Positions 35,338 through 45,783 are shown, counted from the stretch's first letter. The stretch is DNA of 60,568 bases from Pyrinomonadaceae bacterium (GCA_051006135.1 JBPCIQ010000004.1:1-60568), one strand, 5' to 3'. A program made the numbers and translations. The notes: generated from the letters alone by a model not told the origin.

Positions 35338-38277
35338 TTAGTCGCCAACTGCTTGCAGACGGGCACGAGCATGCGCGGTCGGCAAAGTAATGCGGAAGGT
35401 TGTGCCTTGCCCGGGGGTGCTTTCGACGGTGATGTGACCGGAATGCTCCTGAATAATTCCGTAGGACACGGCGAGACCTAACCCCGTACCGCGTCCCACG
35501 CCCTTGGTGGTGTAGAAGGGGTCGTAAATCTTTGCAACGTTCTCTGCCGCGATTCCGATACCGCTATCAGTAACCTCGATCACCAGCAAATCTTCCTGAG
35601 TGGTGGTTGTGGAGAGCGTGATGCGTCCGCCATCAGGAATGGCGTCGCGAGCATTAAGTAGCAGGTTTGTAAAAATCTGCTGTAGCTTGCCGGCGTTACC
35701 GAACACCCTGGGTGAATCGACCTCGTACGCGCGCACAATCTCGATCTGGTTACGACGCAGTTGCGGCTCCAGCAGTTGCAGCGTGTCATCGAGAACTCGA
35801 TGAATGTCGACTTCTCCAAACTCTGTTGCGTCACCCGTGCGCGAGAAATTAAGGAGATTGTTTACGATATCGGTTGCGCGCTCCGCCTGACGCCGGACCT
35901 TTAGCAGCAGCGCATGTTTGGGATCGGTCTCAGCGAACATCCCGAGCAGCATCTGAGTGTAAGACGAGACGCCAGTAAGCGGCGTGTTCACTTCGTGGGC
36001 TACCCCCGCGGCAAGCAGACCAATGGAAGAGAGTTTTTCGCGCTGTTGTAACTGTTCCTCTAAACGCATGCGCGAGGTCACGTCCTCCACTACAACGAGG
36101 GCTCCTGTCTGTTCTTGAGAATCCTGTAATGGAGCAATGGCAATGTTCAGCACGAGGGGACGGCCCGCGCACGTGGCAGTGTGAATCTTGTAGATATTGC
36201 GAATTTCCTTCAGCCGCCACCGGTCATTGCTCAGTACCTGCCGCAGGGTGTCCGCGAAATCCTCTGAGAAAAGGTGATCAACGTACTTACCAATGGCTTC
36301 GTCTCGTTTCAGGTCCAGAATGTGCTCGAGCGCCGAATTGAGACGCGTCACTCTACCGTTGAGATCTACCGCCACCAGCCCCACGTTGATTGATTCGATA
36401 ATCGATTCATTAAATTCTTTCAGAAGCTTCAATTCCGAGGCGCGTGCCTGCTGTTCCTGATAAAGCAGACTATTCTCGATCGCGACTGCCACGTAGCCCG
36501 ACACGGTGCGCAAGATTTGAACGTCTTCCGAAGAAAGTAGCGCGCCGTCGACAGAACGGCCGAGCCCAATCACCGCAACCATACGGCCTCGCACAACGCA
36601 GGGCACGTAATAGTGCAGTGCGCGCCGTACAAAGCTCGCGGTCTCAGGGCCGAGATCGAGATCATCCGTTCGAACGACTCCGTTCTCGGCCGAGCGCACG
36701 CGGATCATCTCGCGAAAGTCGGGGGGAACTATCATTTCAGATTCGAGCCCTGCAGCGCGCGCGAGCCGATATCCAGACACTAGATCCTGGTCCTCAACGA
36801 ATATGGCTACTCGTCCAACATTCATTACTTCCTGCAGCCGGCTAACCAGGGAATCCAGGAGCGGCTCCAGCGCCGTGGTAGCGGAAAGCGTCCGACCAAA
36901 ATCAAGCAAGCTGTTACGCATGTCGTAGCGCTCGCCATAAAACAGCCGGTCCGTTCGCTCCTGCAACAGGTTCTTTACGGGCGCTGCAATCATCACGATT
37001 GCTGCCATAGCCACGATGGCGACTACCACCCGGAGCGTGATCTCACCTGAACTGAAACTCTCGTCACCGCCTAATGCGTAGAGACCGGCAAGATAGACCA
37101 CTGAGCCAATCATCATCGCGATCGCCAGCGTCGACAGTGCGTAAACAAAAACGCGACGAACTACCAGCTCAACATCCATCAGGCGGTAGCGGACCACTGA
37201 ATAGCCAAACGCAAGCGGAATCAGCATTAATGGTAAGACCGCCGCGTCTGTCAGCCACGGGTCGCTTTGCGCACCAAAGAGATAGCCGACCCCATAAAGT
37301 AAAGTGAAAGGCGCCACGGCCAACAGAGAACCCCACACCAGCCATTTCATCTGCTGTCGAACAAGTGCGCTCTTCGCGTTGATCAGTGTCCGGGCCAGCA
37401 AAGCGGCGCTCATTAAGAGCGCGATGACGAAATGCGCGAAACTTAACTTGTAGAACACGCCGATGAACGACTCGGAAACGCCGGGGGCGAGCCGCAGAAA
37501 GGGGACGATTGGGTTCAGGACGTCACGCAGAAAAACGAAGCTGCTTAGAATTAGGAGAATTATTGCGGGTACGTAAAGCAATGCAGCGCGCCAGCGACGA
37601 TCGGTAAACAACTGCTGCCTGGAAGGGTAAAGAGAGCAGAAGTGCAAAAAGAGAGGCGGAAACAAAATGAAGGCGGCATTCCTGAGAAACGCTATGGCTA
37701 GATCCAGATCTCGATAACTGCCGACCGGGGTGTAGAAATGAAAAACGAAAGCTGCCAGGCAGAGCGTGGCGAAATGCAGGGCAAAAGGCGCGCGCCCACC
37801 TTGCTTGAAAAGGACAAAGAAGCCGACAACGAGGTACACCAGCCCAATTAAATTGATGTAGAGATCTCGCGGAGTCCAAGTATGAGTTGCGTCTAAACTA
37901 TCTATATCTGCGTAGTAAGTACGACTCTCTTCGGGATAGGTGGGCCGTTCGATAAGGTAGTGTATCTCCCCCCCGATTCGTGCCTGGTCCAGATACATCT
38001 GAACGTCTCTCGCGTGGACGACTTCGTCATACTTGCTGTCGTTCAGGCTTATGCCAATCAGTCGGTCCCCAGGAAGCAACCGGGCTCTGGCTCCTGAGGA
38101 ATGCGCAGCCACAGTTTCCGCTATAATTCCCCGCCTGGTGTCCGTCCATCTAGCTCCGTCCCAAGGGGGCGTTTCGCGCTTCGCACGCTGAGCAAAGTTG
38201 AGAACCCCAGCCGCGACCAGCAGAGCTGCCCCGATTAGCACCAACCAGGTTCCAGTTGTAAGTACCGATCTCTTCAC
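35338..38277 (-). CDS. Sensor histidine kinase: N-terminal TM, PDZ-like periplasmic segment, multi-TM block, GAF, PAS, HisKA, HATPase_c
   Basis: HEVNTPL H-box plus N, G1 (DSGIGI) and G2 (GTGLGL) boxes. LPGDRLIGI is PDZ-like. GTG start. Confidence 0.85.
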   Translation of the reverse strand: MKRSVLTTGTWLVLIGAALLVAAGVLNFAQRAKRETPPWDGARWTDTRRGIIAETVAAHSSGARARLLPGDRLIGISLNDSKYDEVVHARDVQMYLDQARIGGEIHYLIERPTYPEESRTYYADIDSLDATHTWTPRDLYINLIGLVYLVVGFFVLFKQGGRAPFALHFATLCLAAFVFHFYTPVGSYRDLDLAIAFLRNAAFILFPPLFLHFCSLYPSRQQLFTDRRWRAALLYVPAIILLILSSFVFLRDVLNPIVPFLRLAPGVSESFIGVFYKLSFAHFVIALLMSAALLARTLINAKSALVRQQMKWLVWGSLLAVAPFTLLYGVGYLFGAQSDPWLTDAAVLPLMLIPLAFGYSVVRYRLMDVELVVRRVFVYALSTLAIAMMIGSVVYLAGLYALGGDESFSSGEITLRVVVAIVAMAAIVMIAAPVKNLLQERTDRLFYGERYDMRNSLLDFGRTLSATTALEPLLDSLVSRLQEVMNVGRVAIFVEDQDLVSGYRLARAAGLESEMIVPPDFREMIRVRSAENGVVRTDDLDLGPETASFVRRALHYYVPCVVRGRMVAVIGLGRSVDGALLSSEDVQILRTVSGYVAVAIENSLLYQEQQARASELKLLKEFNESIIESINVGLVAVDLNGRVTRLNSALEHILDLKRDEAIGKYVDHLFSEDFADTLRQVLSNDRWRLKEIRNIYKIHTATCAGRPLVLNIAIAPLQDSQEQTGALVVVEDVTSRMRLEEQLQQREKLSSIGLLAAGVAHEVNTPLTGVSSYTQMLLGMFAETDPKHALLLKVRRQAERATDIVNNLLNFSRTGDATEFGEVDIHRVLDDTLQLLEPQLRRNQIEIVRAYEVDSPRVFGNAGKLQQIFTNLLLNARDAIPDGGRITLSTTTTQEDLLVIEVTDSGIGIAAENVAKIYDPFYTTKGVGRGTGLGLAVSYGIIQEHSGHITVESTPGQGTTFRITLPTAHARARLQAVGD

Positions 38278-38323
38278 AATTCCCTGCTCTAACGGTGGTT
38301 AGAACCTCGATCCAAGAGTCATC

Positions 38324-38339
38324 AGCAAGGTATGTTCCT
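38324..38339 (-). promoter_or_regulatory. Candidate sigma-54 (-24/-12) promoter upstream of the kinase gene
   Basis: The minus strand reads AGGAAC-ATACC-TTGCT. GG and GC have the consensus spacing of TGGCAC-N5-TTGCW, with two mismatches in the -24 box. Lies 46 nt upstream of the GTG start. Confidence 0.3.
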
Positions 38340-38551
38340 AAGTCGTTCGGCAGGACAGCTTTCAGCCCCGAGAGTGCGATGAGTATCTTCTAAAAAGCTG
38401 GACGGGACCAAAATACCTTGAGTTGTCGGGCTCTTCTCAGTTTCTCCCGCCGCTTAGTTAAACGCCGGCTTTTGAGCGTCCGCACTTCGCATATTCCAAA
38501 ATCTCGTACTTTCTCCACGATTCTGTAGAAACGTGATTAGGTGGGGTCAAC

Positions 38552-38623
38552 AAAAAACCGGCGAGGCGGGAACTTGGGGGATAACTGCCAGCCCCTTGTA
38601 GTTCGTCGTCGTCGCCTCGCCTC
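38552..38623 (-). terminator. Intrinsic terminator-like structure after the outer-membrane protein gene
   Basis: On the minus strand, GAGGCGAGGCG...CGCCTCGCC (9-bp GC-rich stem with a long loop carrying an inner GGGG/CCCC helix) is followed by TTTTTTG. Confidence 0.5.
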
Positions 38624-38625
38624 TT

Positions 38626-40380
38626 CTAAAACCTAAGGGAGATGCCGCCCCGCAGCGAGCGGCGTCCAGTGGCTAGTTGCGTAAGTATCTCTCCATTGTC
38701 TGTGCTTAACTGGGTATCCAGTAAGTTGCGCGCATCAATCACTGCCTCGGCCCTAACCGGCAGGCCGAAGCTTGGTAGGTCCTGCGTCACCAGGATGCTC
38801 AATGACGGGTCGTAAACCGCCAGTCTGCCTGCAAATGGATCAATGGCAAAAACAGTAGCCTGGGGCGAGAACCGCAAAACCGTGCGCACGTGAGTTCCCG
38901 TGTCAAAGGCAGCTCCGAGTTGCAAGGCGGCCGTCTGGAAGAACCCATTGTTGAAAACTTCCCCAGGGCTCGCAAAACCGTCCGGAGATAAGCTCTGCCC
39001 CTGCCCAAATGAGTACCCAGCCGAGGTTGTCCAACTGCCGCGCAGCCGGCGCGTGTAGACCAAGCGCATTCCCCGTGATGCGCCCTGCTGATTTGCGACA
39101 TTAATTAGCGCTACCCCGGTTGTTCCTGAGAATGCAGAAAGTGGCGTGCTTAGCAGGCCGACCCCGCGCCCTACAGTCGTGTCCAGGAAAGCTGTGGCCT
39201 CAATATTCGAGTTATTATCAAGGACTCTCTCGATTCCGAATTCGAGCCGGTGGCTGCGCTCCATCACGGCTTCTCCGTCAATGAAGGCAACAGGTCGATT
39301 TCCGGAATCTGTGAAAGTTATTTGTTCGCCTTCAAAGCCTGCGACACTCTGCACTCTGCCTTCCTCACCTCCGGGCGCATAGGCGGCGGTGAGACGCGTA
39401 CGCGAGTTGACATCGAACTGAATTCCAATCCGGGGTGAAATGGTATGGGCTCCGCCGGCTCCTATGAAGCGAGAGTAATCCAGACCCAGAACAATCACTA
39501 CTCCATCGCGAACAATCCATTCATCAATGGCTCGAACGGATAATTGCCCCGCTAAGCGGTCATCTAAACTATTGGACCAACTGGACTTGCCTAATCGCAT
39601 GCCACCTACACTCACACCGAGTTGGTGTTGCTCGCCTACCCGGATATGACTCGTGACTTCGAGGCGTTCAGGGGCGTCAGGACCTATGCCTGTTTGCCCG
39701 GCAAATATCAGTTCAACGTGCTCTGTTGCTGGTGTGGAAACAGCAAAATTAAGACCGCCATAAGGCGCGCCGTAAGAATTGCTTGCGAAATATGATTCAA
39801 CGGCTCCGACTAATCTGCCTTTCGATTTGTTTACCGAAGATTCAGCCTCGTCTTTAGCCGCCGCTACAGTCGCCTCATCCGCATCATTCTCCACTCCAAG
39901 TGCGGCTTTGATCGCTCTGTCCTCACCTTCCTGCGCCTGGAAAATTGAGCGGCGGGTCTGAGAGGAACGCAAAACCCAACGGACGTCTTCGCGATCCTTG
40001 CGACGCTCAGGCAGAGTTTTACCAGAGCCCGTCGGCTCGAGGTTGAAACGGTAAACCAACTCTTGAGACGCGCGAACTTCAACGGAAGCAAAAACAACTT
40101 CGCTAAAACCGTCAGCAAATGCTCTGATGCCATAACGCCCGGGGGAAATCCTGGCGGTGAAGCGGCCGTCCATGCCAGTATGCGTTTGCTTGATTACCTG
40201 GTCCGCGCCTGCTTTGAGCAAGGAAATGACAGCGCCAGCCAGTGGATTGCCCTTGTCGTCCTTGACTGAACCGCTGATGGTCGCAAGAGTTCCTTTGGCG
40301 GCGATTGCCGTAGAGGAGCCGAAAGCATAAAGCGGCAAAAGCACAGCCAGGCTCAGAGATAAACCCAATCCTCTTTTCAT
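38626..40380 (-). CDS. Outer-membrane beta-barrel protein with an N-terminal carboxypeptidase-regulatory-like domain (TonB-dependent-receptor-like, no obvious plug)
   Basis: Signal peptide MKRGLGLSLSLAVLLPLYAFG, GSVKDDKGNPLAGAVISL...GRFTARISPGRY, and a C-terminal ...ISLRF aromatic end. Start at ATG 40380. Confidence 0.7.
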   Translation of the reverse strand: MKRGLGLSLSLAVLLPLYAFGSSTAIAAKGTLATISGSVKDDKGNPLAGAVISLLKAGADQVIKQTHTGMDGRFTARISPGRYGIRAFADGFSEVVFASVEVRASQELVYRFNLEPTGSGKTLPERRKDREDVRWVLRSSQTRRSIFQAQEGEDRAIKAALGVENDADEATVAAAKDEAESSVNKSKGRLVGAVESYFASNSYGAPYGGLNFAVSTPATEHVELIFAGQTGIGPDAPERLEVTSHIRVGEQHQLGVSVGGMRLGKSSWSNSLDDRLAGQLSVRAIDEWIVRDGVVIVLGLDYSRFIGAGGAHTISPRIGIQFDVNSRTRLTAAYAPGGEEGRVQSVAGFEGEQITFTDSGNRPVAFIDGEAVMERSHRLEFGIERVLDNNSNIEATAFLDTTVGRGVGLLSTPLSAFSGTTGVALINVANQQGASRGMRLVYTRRLRGSWTTSAGYSFGQGQSLSPDGFASPGEVFNNGFFQTAALQLGAAFDTGTHVRTVLRFSPQATVFAIDPFAGRLAVYDPSLSILVTQDLPSFGLPVRAEAVIDARNLLDTQLSTDNGEILTQLATGRRSLRGGISLRF

Positions 40381-40708
40381 TGCAAAACCTCCGAGTGGAA
40401 ACCGCCACAGGTAGCGGCCGTTGCCAAGAGACGGCACCTGTGTGTCTGCACCGAGTGGGAAGGGCTCTCCAATGTTCTTTTCTGCTTTTAAAACAGAAGG
40501 AACAACTTAACACTGGAAAGGCGAACGGGTTCTGGCCAGGAGACTTACCGAACCACCGACTGAGCTGTCATTCTCCGCCAAGAGTCGAAGCGCTGTCAAG
40601 CAAATAGGCCTCCTTTACGCCCGCTTTGCGGGCGGTTTCCAGCATGTTAGGATCCCAATCAGCTGCCAAATTGCTCGTCCTAACTCTGGTCGATTAGCAG
40701 GATATTCA

Positions 40709-41989
40709 ATGATAGATGACGTTCAATCAACTAAACTCCCAAACGGCATCGCTGTTTTATCTGAACATATGCCGGGTCTGAGGTCAGTAACGGCCGGGAT
40801 CTGGGTGCGCTGCGGCTCACGTCACGAGTCGCCCGAGTTAAACGGAATCTGTCATTTTATTGAACATTCCGTCTTTAAGGGGACAAAACGCCGTTCCGCA
40901 CGCGATATTGCCGTTGAATCCGACCGTCTGGGGGGCAATCTCGACGCTTATACGACTCATGAGATGACTGGCTTCGCCGTAAAGGTTGCGGACAGCGGAC
41001 TGCCTGAAGCGGTTGACCTGCTTGCCGATATCATTTCCTATCCTCGATTTGACCAGCAGGACTTGGAGCGCGAGCAAAAGGTCATACTGGAAGAGATGAA
41101 AATGGTTGAGGACACGCCCGAGGATCTACTAGGCGAACTCTTCAATGCCGCTTATTTCCCCGATCACCCACTTGGCCGGCCAATTGAAGGCACGAAAGAA
41201 ACCGTCACTTCGTTCAATCACGAAATAACCGCCGATTTTCATGCTCGCGAGTTCTCGCAGCTCAATCTTGTAATCGCAGCAGCTGGTAATGTAGCGCACT
41301 CCCAATTGGTGGAGATGGTAGAGCATGCCTTTGCCGGTCAGAAAGCAATGGGAAATGGCTATCAACCACGCGTTGCCGATACCGCTCCCTCGCCTGCATC
41401 GCCTATTTTGATCGAACAGAAGAAAGAACTTGAGCAAGCCCACCTGATCATTGCCGCGCCCTGGCCTACCGCCCGAAGCGACGAGCGTTATTCCGCGAGC
41501 TTGCTCGCTTCAATCCTTGGCGGCGGCACCTCTAGTCGCCTTTGGCAAAGAATTCGTGAAGAGCGCGGTCTCGCTTACTCAGTCGGCGCCGGTGGCAGCA
41601 CCTTCTCCGACGTCGGAGTATTCACGATCTACGCCGGCACGTCGCCGCAGCACGCGCATGAGGTGGTGACGCTTTCACTGGAAGAGCTCCGGCGAGTGGT
41701 CTACGAGACCGTTGCTGATGAGGAACTGGAACTGGCAAAAGACCAGGCAATCTCGTCAATCCTGCTGGGTCTTGAGTCCTCGAGCGGACGTGCCAGCGCT
41801 CTGGCGCGGCAGCAGATCATCCACGGTCGCCGCATTTCGCCAGACGAGATTATCAAGCGAATCGAAGCTGTCAGTTCCGCAGACGTACAACACGTCGCGC
41901 GCACATTCTTTAAGACGGAAACACTTGCCTTCGGCGCGTTGGGAAACCTCAATGGTTTTAAAGTGGAACGTGCGTGTCTTGAAATCTGA
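40709..41989 (+). CDS. M16-family (pitrilysin/insulinase-like) zinc peptidase
   Basis: HFIEHSVFKGT inverted zincin motif. 426 aa. Confidence 0.85.
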   Translation: MIDDVQSTKLPNGIAVLSEHMPGLRSVTAGIWVRCGSRHESPELNGICHFIEHSVFKGTKRRSARDIAVESDRLGGNLDAYTTHEMTGFAVKVADSGLPEAVDLLADIISYPRFDQQDLEREQKVILEEMKMVEDTPEDLLGELFNAAYFPDHPLGRPIEGTKETVTSFNHEITADFHAREFSQLNLVIAAAGNVAHSQLVEMVEHAFAGQKAMGNGYQPRVADTAPSPASPILIEQKKELEQAHLIIAAPWPTARSDERYSASLLASILGGGTSSRLWQRIREERGLAYSVGAGGSTFSDVGVFTIYAGTSPQHAHEVVTLSLEELRRVVYETVADEELELAKDQAISSILLGLESSSGRASALARQQIIHGRRISPDEIIKRIEAVSSADVQHVARTFFKTETLAFGALGNLNGFKVERACLEI

Positions 41990-42206
41990 AGTTGGCTTCC
42001 CCAAAGAATGCACGACGAGCTTTTTTCCCGCCATAGTTCCTTACCGATGATCTATACTGGCCCCGTCAGAGTTGATGTGAATTTCACCAGAAGATAAGGG
42101 CGGAACACTGATTATTCGAAGCGGTGAACCTGAGTCGTATCGACATCGCGTGTCTGAATAGTTTCGGTGGCTCTTGCGCTTCTTCTTATATGGCAGATTT
42201 CTCTTG

Positions 42207-43031
42207 ATGAAACTTACCGTCCTCGGCAGCGGCTCTACTGGCAATGCGGTTCTAATCGTCGCGGGCGACACTCGCGTTCTTGTCGACGCCGGCTTAAGCG
42301 CCAAAGAGATTGCCCGCCGGCTCGCTCTCGTGGGAGAGGATATTCAACGCCTTGACGGCGTGCTGGTCACCCACGAACACATCGACCATGCTGGCGGCTT
42401 GCGAGTCTTGCTTAGATCGGTTGACTGCCCGGTCTATATTTCCGCAACAACTTGCGACGCCTATGTTAGCGAACGTCTGAACGTCGCTGACGACGAGCCG
42501 CGTAAGCGACTGGCCGCGCTTACCGACCGCGTGGAACAGATCGAATCGAGCAAAAACTTCCGCATAGGGGAGATCGATTTTCATCCCTTCACCATCCCTC
42601 ATGACGCTGTCGATAATTTCGGATTCACGGCTACGCACCGGGGCGTCAAAATAGCCACGCTGATGGACTTTGGCCATATCACTACTCTGATTACTGAGCA
42701 ATTGCGTGGTTGCGCGGCGATCGTAATGGAGTCGAACCATAGTCGTGACATGTTGAAGGCTTGCGACGTTTACCCCTGGGACCTCAAACAACGCATTCTC
42801 TCGCGGGTCGGACACCTGTCCAACGAAGATGTCGCGGACTGGCTGCGAGATGGCTTTGATGGCGTTGCCAGACACATCGTTCTTGCTCACCTCTCGCAAC
42901 GGGCTAACAATCCCTATCTGGCTAAGATTTCCGCTGAGGTGGCTCTCCAGGAGCGTTCGCCGCTGTTCCCATTGGAAACGCGGATTAGTCTTTCATTCCC
43001 AAAGGAACCGACGCCCTGGATCGAAGTTTGA
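42207..43031 (+). CDS. MBL-fold metallo-hydrolase
   Basis: MKLTVLGSGSTGN start and THEHIDHAGG motif. Confidence 0.8.
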   Translation: MKLTVLGSGSTGNAVLIVAGDTRVLVDAGLSAKEIARRLALVGEDIQRLDGVLVTHEHIDHAGGLRVLLRSVDCPVYISATTCDAYVSERLNVADDEPRKRLAALTDRVEQIESSKNFRIGEIDFHPFTIPHDAVDNFGFTATHRGVKIATLMDFGHITTLITEQLRGCAAIVMESNHSRDMLKACDVYPWDLKQRILSRVGHLSNEDVADWLRDGFDGVARHIVLAHLSQRANNPYLAKISAEVALQERSPLFPLETRISLSFPKEPTPWIEV

Positions 43032-43039
43032 TAAAAGGG

Positions 43040-43552
43040 ATGACGGGTGAAGGGCGCATCTTCAAAACAGAGTGTGCCCGACCGGCTGTAATCGCTGGGC
43101 ATAGTAGTTTTCGTTTCACCTGCTTCTTTCAACTTCTGGTTATCGGACTGACTTCACTCTCGATCGGCGCGTGCGGCAGCAGTCCCACGTCGCGTGGAAT
43201 TCCGCCTGAAATCGAGACAGTGATTAACTCTCTCAGTGAGGATATTGCCGCAGAGCGTTACGAAAAGATTCATGACGAAGCCTCCGATTTATGGAGGAAA
43301 GACTCATCGCTTGAACAGACCATTTCAGTCTTTAAGACGCTTCGAACAAAGCTCGGGAACGTTGAAAGCCGAAGACTCCATTACGCAAGCGAACAACAGA
43401 ACTCGGGCGGCGCGCTGAAGGGACGGGCATTTATCATCACCTATCAAACGAAATTCGAAAAAGCAGTGGGTATGGAGACTTTCACGCTTGTTGAGCAGGA
43501 TCACCGGTGGCTGCTGGCGCGCTATTTCGTGAACTCGACCGCGCTTAGTTAG
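43040..43552 (+). CDS. Putative lipoprotein of unknown function
   Basis: Hydrophobic leader ending in the SIGAC lipobox-like motif. No family recognised with confidence. Confidence 0.5.
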   Translation: MTGEGRIFKTECARPAVIAGHSSFRFTCFFQLLVIGLTSLSIGACGSSPTSRGIPPEIETVINSLSEDIAAERYEKIHDEASDLWRKDSSLEQTISVFKTLRTKLGNVESRRLHYASEQQNSGGALKGRAFIITYQTKFEKAVGMETFTLVEQDHRWLLARYFVNSTALS

Positions 43553-43576
43553 TCCGGCGTAATCTGTGGATAACTT

Positions 43577-44890
43577 ATGATTTCACGCTACACCTTGCCA
43601 GAAATGGGCACGCTCTGGTCTGAGCAAAACAAGTTTCAGAAATGGCTGGAAGTTGAGCTTGCCGTATGCGAGGTTCACGCGGAGATGGGAACGATTCCGC
43701 GAGACGCTCTGCAGGAGATAAAAGCCCGTGCCAACTTTTCCGTCGAGCGTATCAATGAGATCGAGAAAACAACCAACCACGATGTGATTGCCTTCACCAC
43801 GAACCTCGCCGAATCCATTGGCGCAGCGTCACGATTCGTTCACTACGGTCTCACCTCTTCAGACGTGGTCGACACTGCTAACGCACTGCTCCTGCGCGAC
43901 GCTTGCGATCTCCTGCTAGCGAAGATCGCTGCGATCATGGCGGTGTTAAAGAGACGGGCCTTCGAATTCAAAAACACGCCGCAGGTTGGTCGCACCCATG
44001 GTATTCATGCGGAGCCTACATCCTTTGGGCATACTTTCGCGCTTTGGCACGACGAAATGCGCCGTAACCGGGAGCGCTTGATTCATGCCAGAGATGCCGT
44101 AGCGGTTGGCAAGCTCAGTGGTGCTGTGGGATCTTTCGCCCATCTCGACCCCGTAGTCGAAGAAAAGGTTTGCGCTCGGCTCGGTCTGAAAACCGCGCCA
44201 ATATCCACACAGATCATTCAGCGCGACCGTTACGCGGAATATCTCAGCACGCTCGCAATTATCGCTTCTTCGCTCGACAAGTTTGCACTCAATATTCGTA
44301 ACTGGCAGCGAACAGAGGTGCGTGAGGCGCAGGAATATTTTTCGGCGGGCCAAAAAGGCTCAAGCGCGATGCCGCATAAGCGAAATCCAATCATTTCGGA
44401 GCGCATCTGTGGCATTGCCCGGGTCGTGAGAGCAAACAGCCTGGTAGGTTTGGAGAACGTTGCGCTCTGGCACGAACGCGATATTTCACACTCCTCAGCA
44501 GAGCGCGTTGTGTTACCCGACTCAAGTATCGCGCTCGACTATATGCTTCACAAAGCAACTTCCTTGATCGACCGACTTGTCGTTTATCCCGATCGGATGC
44601 TCGAAAATCTGCAGGCAACTAAGGGGTTAATCTTCAGCGGTCAACTCCTCCTGGTCCTAACGCAAAGAGGCATTGCACGTGAAACGGCTTACGAATGGGT
44701 GCAGCGAAATGCGATGAAGGTGTTGGATGATGGCAAAGATTTTCAGACACTCGTCAAGGCCGATGAGGACATCAAGGCGCACTTGTCAGTCCAAGAGATC
44801 GAGAGCACATTGTCAGTAACGAGCTATTTGAAAAATGTTGATGAGATCTTTGAGCGCGTATTCGGCTCAGGATCATCCGAAGAACAATAG
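43577..44890 (+). CDS. purB: Adenylosuccinate lyase
   Basis: MISRYTLPEM start and SSAMPHKRNP signature. Confidence 0.95.
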   Translation: MISRYTLPEMGTLWSEQNKFQKWLEVELAVCEVHAEMGTIPRDALQEIKARANFSVERINEIEKTTNHDVIAFTTNLAESIGAASRFVHYGLTSSDVVDTANALLLRDACDLLLAKIAAIMAVLKRRAFEFKNTPQVGRTHGIHAEPTSFGHTFALWHDEMRRNRERLIHARDAVAVGKLSGAVGSFAHLDPVVEEKVCARLGLKTAPISTQIIQRDRYAEYLSTLAIIASSLDKFALNIRNWQRTEVREAQEYFSAGQKGSSAMPHKRNPIISERICGIARVVRANSLVGLENVALWHERDISHSSAERVVLPDSSIALDYMLHKATSLIDRLVVYPDRMLENLQATKGLIFSGQLLLVLTQRGIARETAYEWVQRNAMKVLDDGKDFQTLVKADEDIKAHLSVQEIESTLSVTSYLKNVDEIFERVFGSGSSEEQ

Positions 44891-44922
44891 CGTTCGGGTG
44901 TTACTTGTGCCACGGCTCCGCG

Positions 44923-45390
44923 CTATTTGTTCACGATTTTCTCGGCGAGGTTGCCGATTATCGGGAGCTTAGCGAACTTGCCCTGATAGGCTTTGATTGC
45001 CGTAAGAATCAAACCCACAAATAATGCTACCGGCACGAGCCAGATAAGCAGCCAAACCAGCGAAATAAGTATGCCAAAGAGAGAGCCTGCAAGATCTCCG
45101 GCGGTGGCGGCGATAGCGGCCCCAACGAAAGTAAAAACCACGCCAACGAAAATCAGACCGATCATTATTACGGACCATAGGGCGCCAAACAGGATTGATT
45201 GCATGGCGTGAAAGCGAATGAATTTGTTTTCCTTCTCCAGGAAGAAGAAGATCAGCCCTACAATCCAGATATAAGAAATTGCCGCTGCAACATTGGCATC
45301 AAGCCCAGTCCCTGCTTTACCCGCTGATGGTGGAAGTGGCGCTGCATAAGCGCTTTCGTCACGCTGTTGTCCAACTGGCGGGGTTTGCAT
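44923..45390 (-). CDS. DUF4870-like small membrane protein
   Basis: AAISYIWIVGLIFFFLEKENKFIRFHAMQSI motif, with 3-4 TM segments. Confidence 0.65.
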   Translation of the reverse strand: MQTPPVGQQRDESAYAAPLPPSAGKAGTGLDANVAAAISYIWIVGLIFFFLEKENKFIRFHAMQSILFGALWSVIMIGLIFVGVVFTFVGAAIAATAGDLAGSLFGILISLVWLLIWLVPVALFVGLILTAIKAYQGKFAKLPIIGNLAEKIVNK

Positions 45391-45534
45391 ACTGTTTCCT
45401 AATGTTTCCTACTTGTGCGCCATCTCTAAGGCTGACGCAGCCAAAATCATTTTCACGACGGGCGGAGATATTATGCTAACACTACACATCAGGCAACAAT
45501 TTGCTTTAGTATGGCCTGGGAAGAGCGAAACCTG

Positions 45535-45783
45535 ATGAAAGCTAAAGTCTATGTGACCCTAAAACCTGGCGTGCTCGATCCTCAGGGCAAGGCAATCCAG
45601 CACTCCGTCGAACTGCTCGGGTTCAGCGGAATGGCAGATATTCGCCAGGGTAAATACTTCGAGATAGCGCTCGAAAACGCGCTAGGGGAAGATCAAGCTC
45701 GGGCATCAGTCACGCGCCTGGCGCGAGAGGTGTTGTCAAATCCAATCATCGAAGACTACCGCGTGGAGATCGAGGAAGCGTGA
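45535..45783 (+). CDS. purS: Phosphoribosylformylglycinamidine synthase subunit PurS
   Basis: [18 protein letters not shown]. About 82 aa. Its stop overlaps the purQ start (GTGA). Confidence 0.9.
   Translation: MKAKVYVTLKPGVLDPQGKAIQHSVELLGFSGMADIRQGKYFEIALENALGEDQARASVTRLAREVLSNPIIEDYRVEIEEA

Noticed and set aside
40535-40594. tRNA gene on the minus strand
   Set aside because: Only a D-arm-like motif and a weak acceptor pairing are present. The segment is about 60 nt with no T-arm (no GTTCGAATC-type motif) and no credible anticodon stem. No other tRNA-like T-loop motif was seen anywhere in the window.
45391-45534. Purine/ZTP-type riboswitch upstream of purS. The purB and purL leaders were also checked.
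   Set aside because: I could not find the conserved ZTP (pfl) or purine riboswitch core motifs by eye. The leaders are short or occupied by repeat hairpins. This is not excluded without a cmscan.
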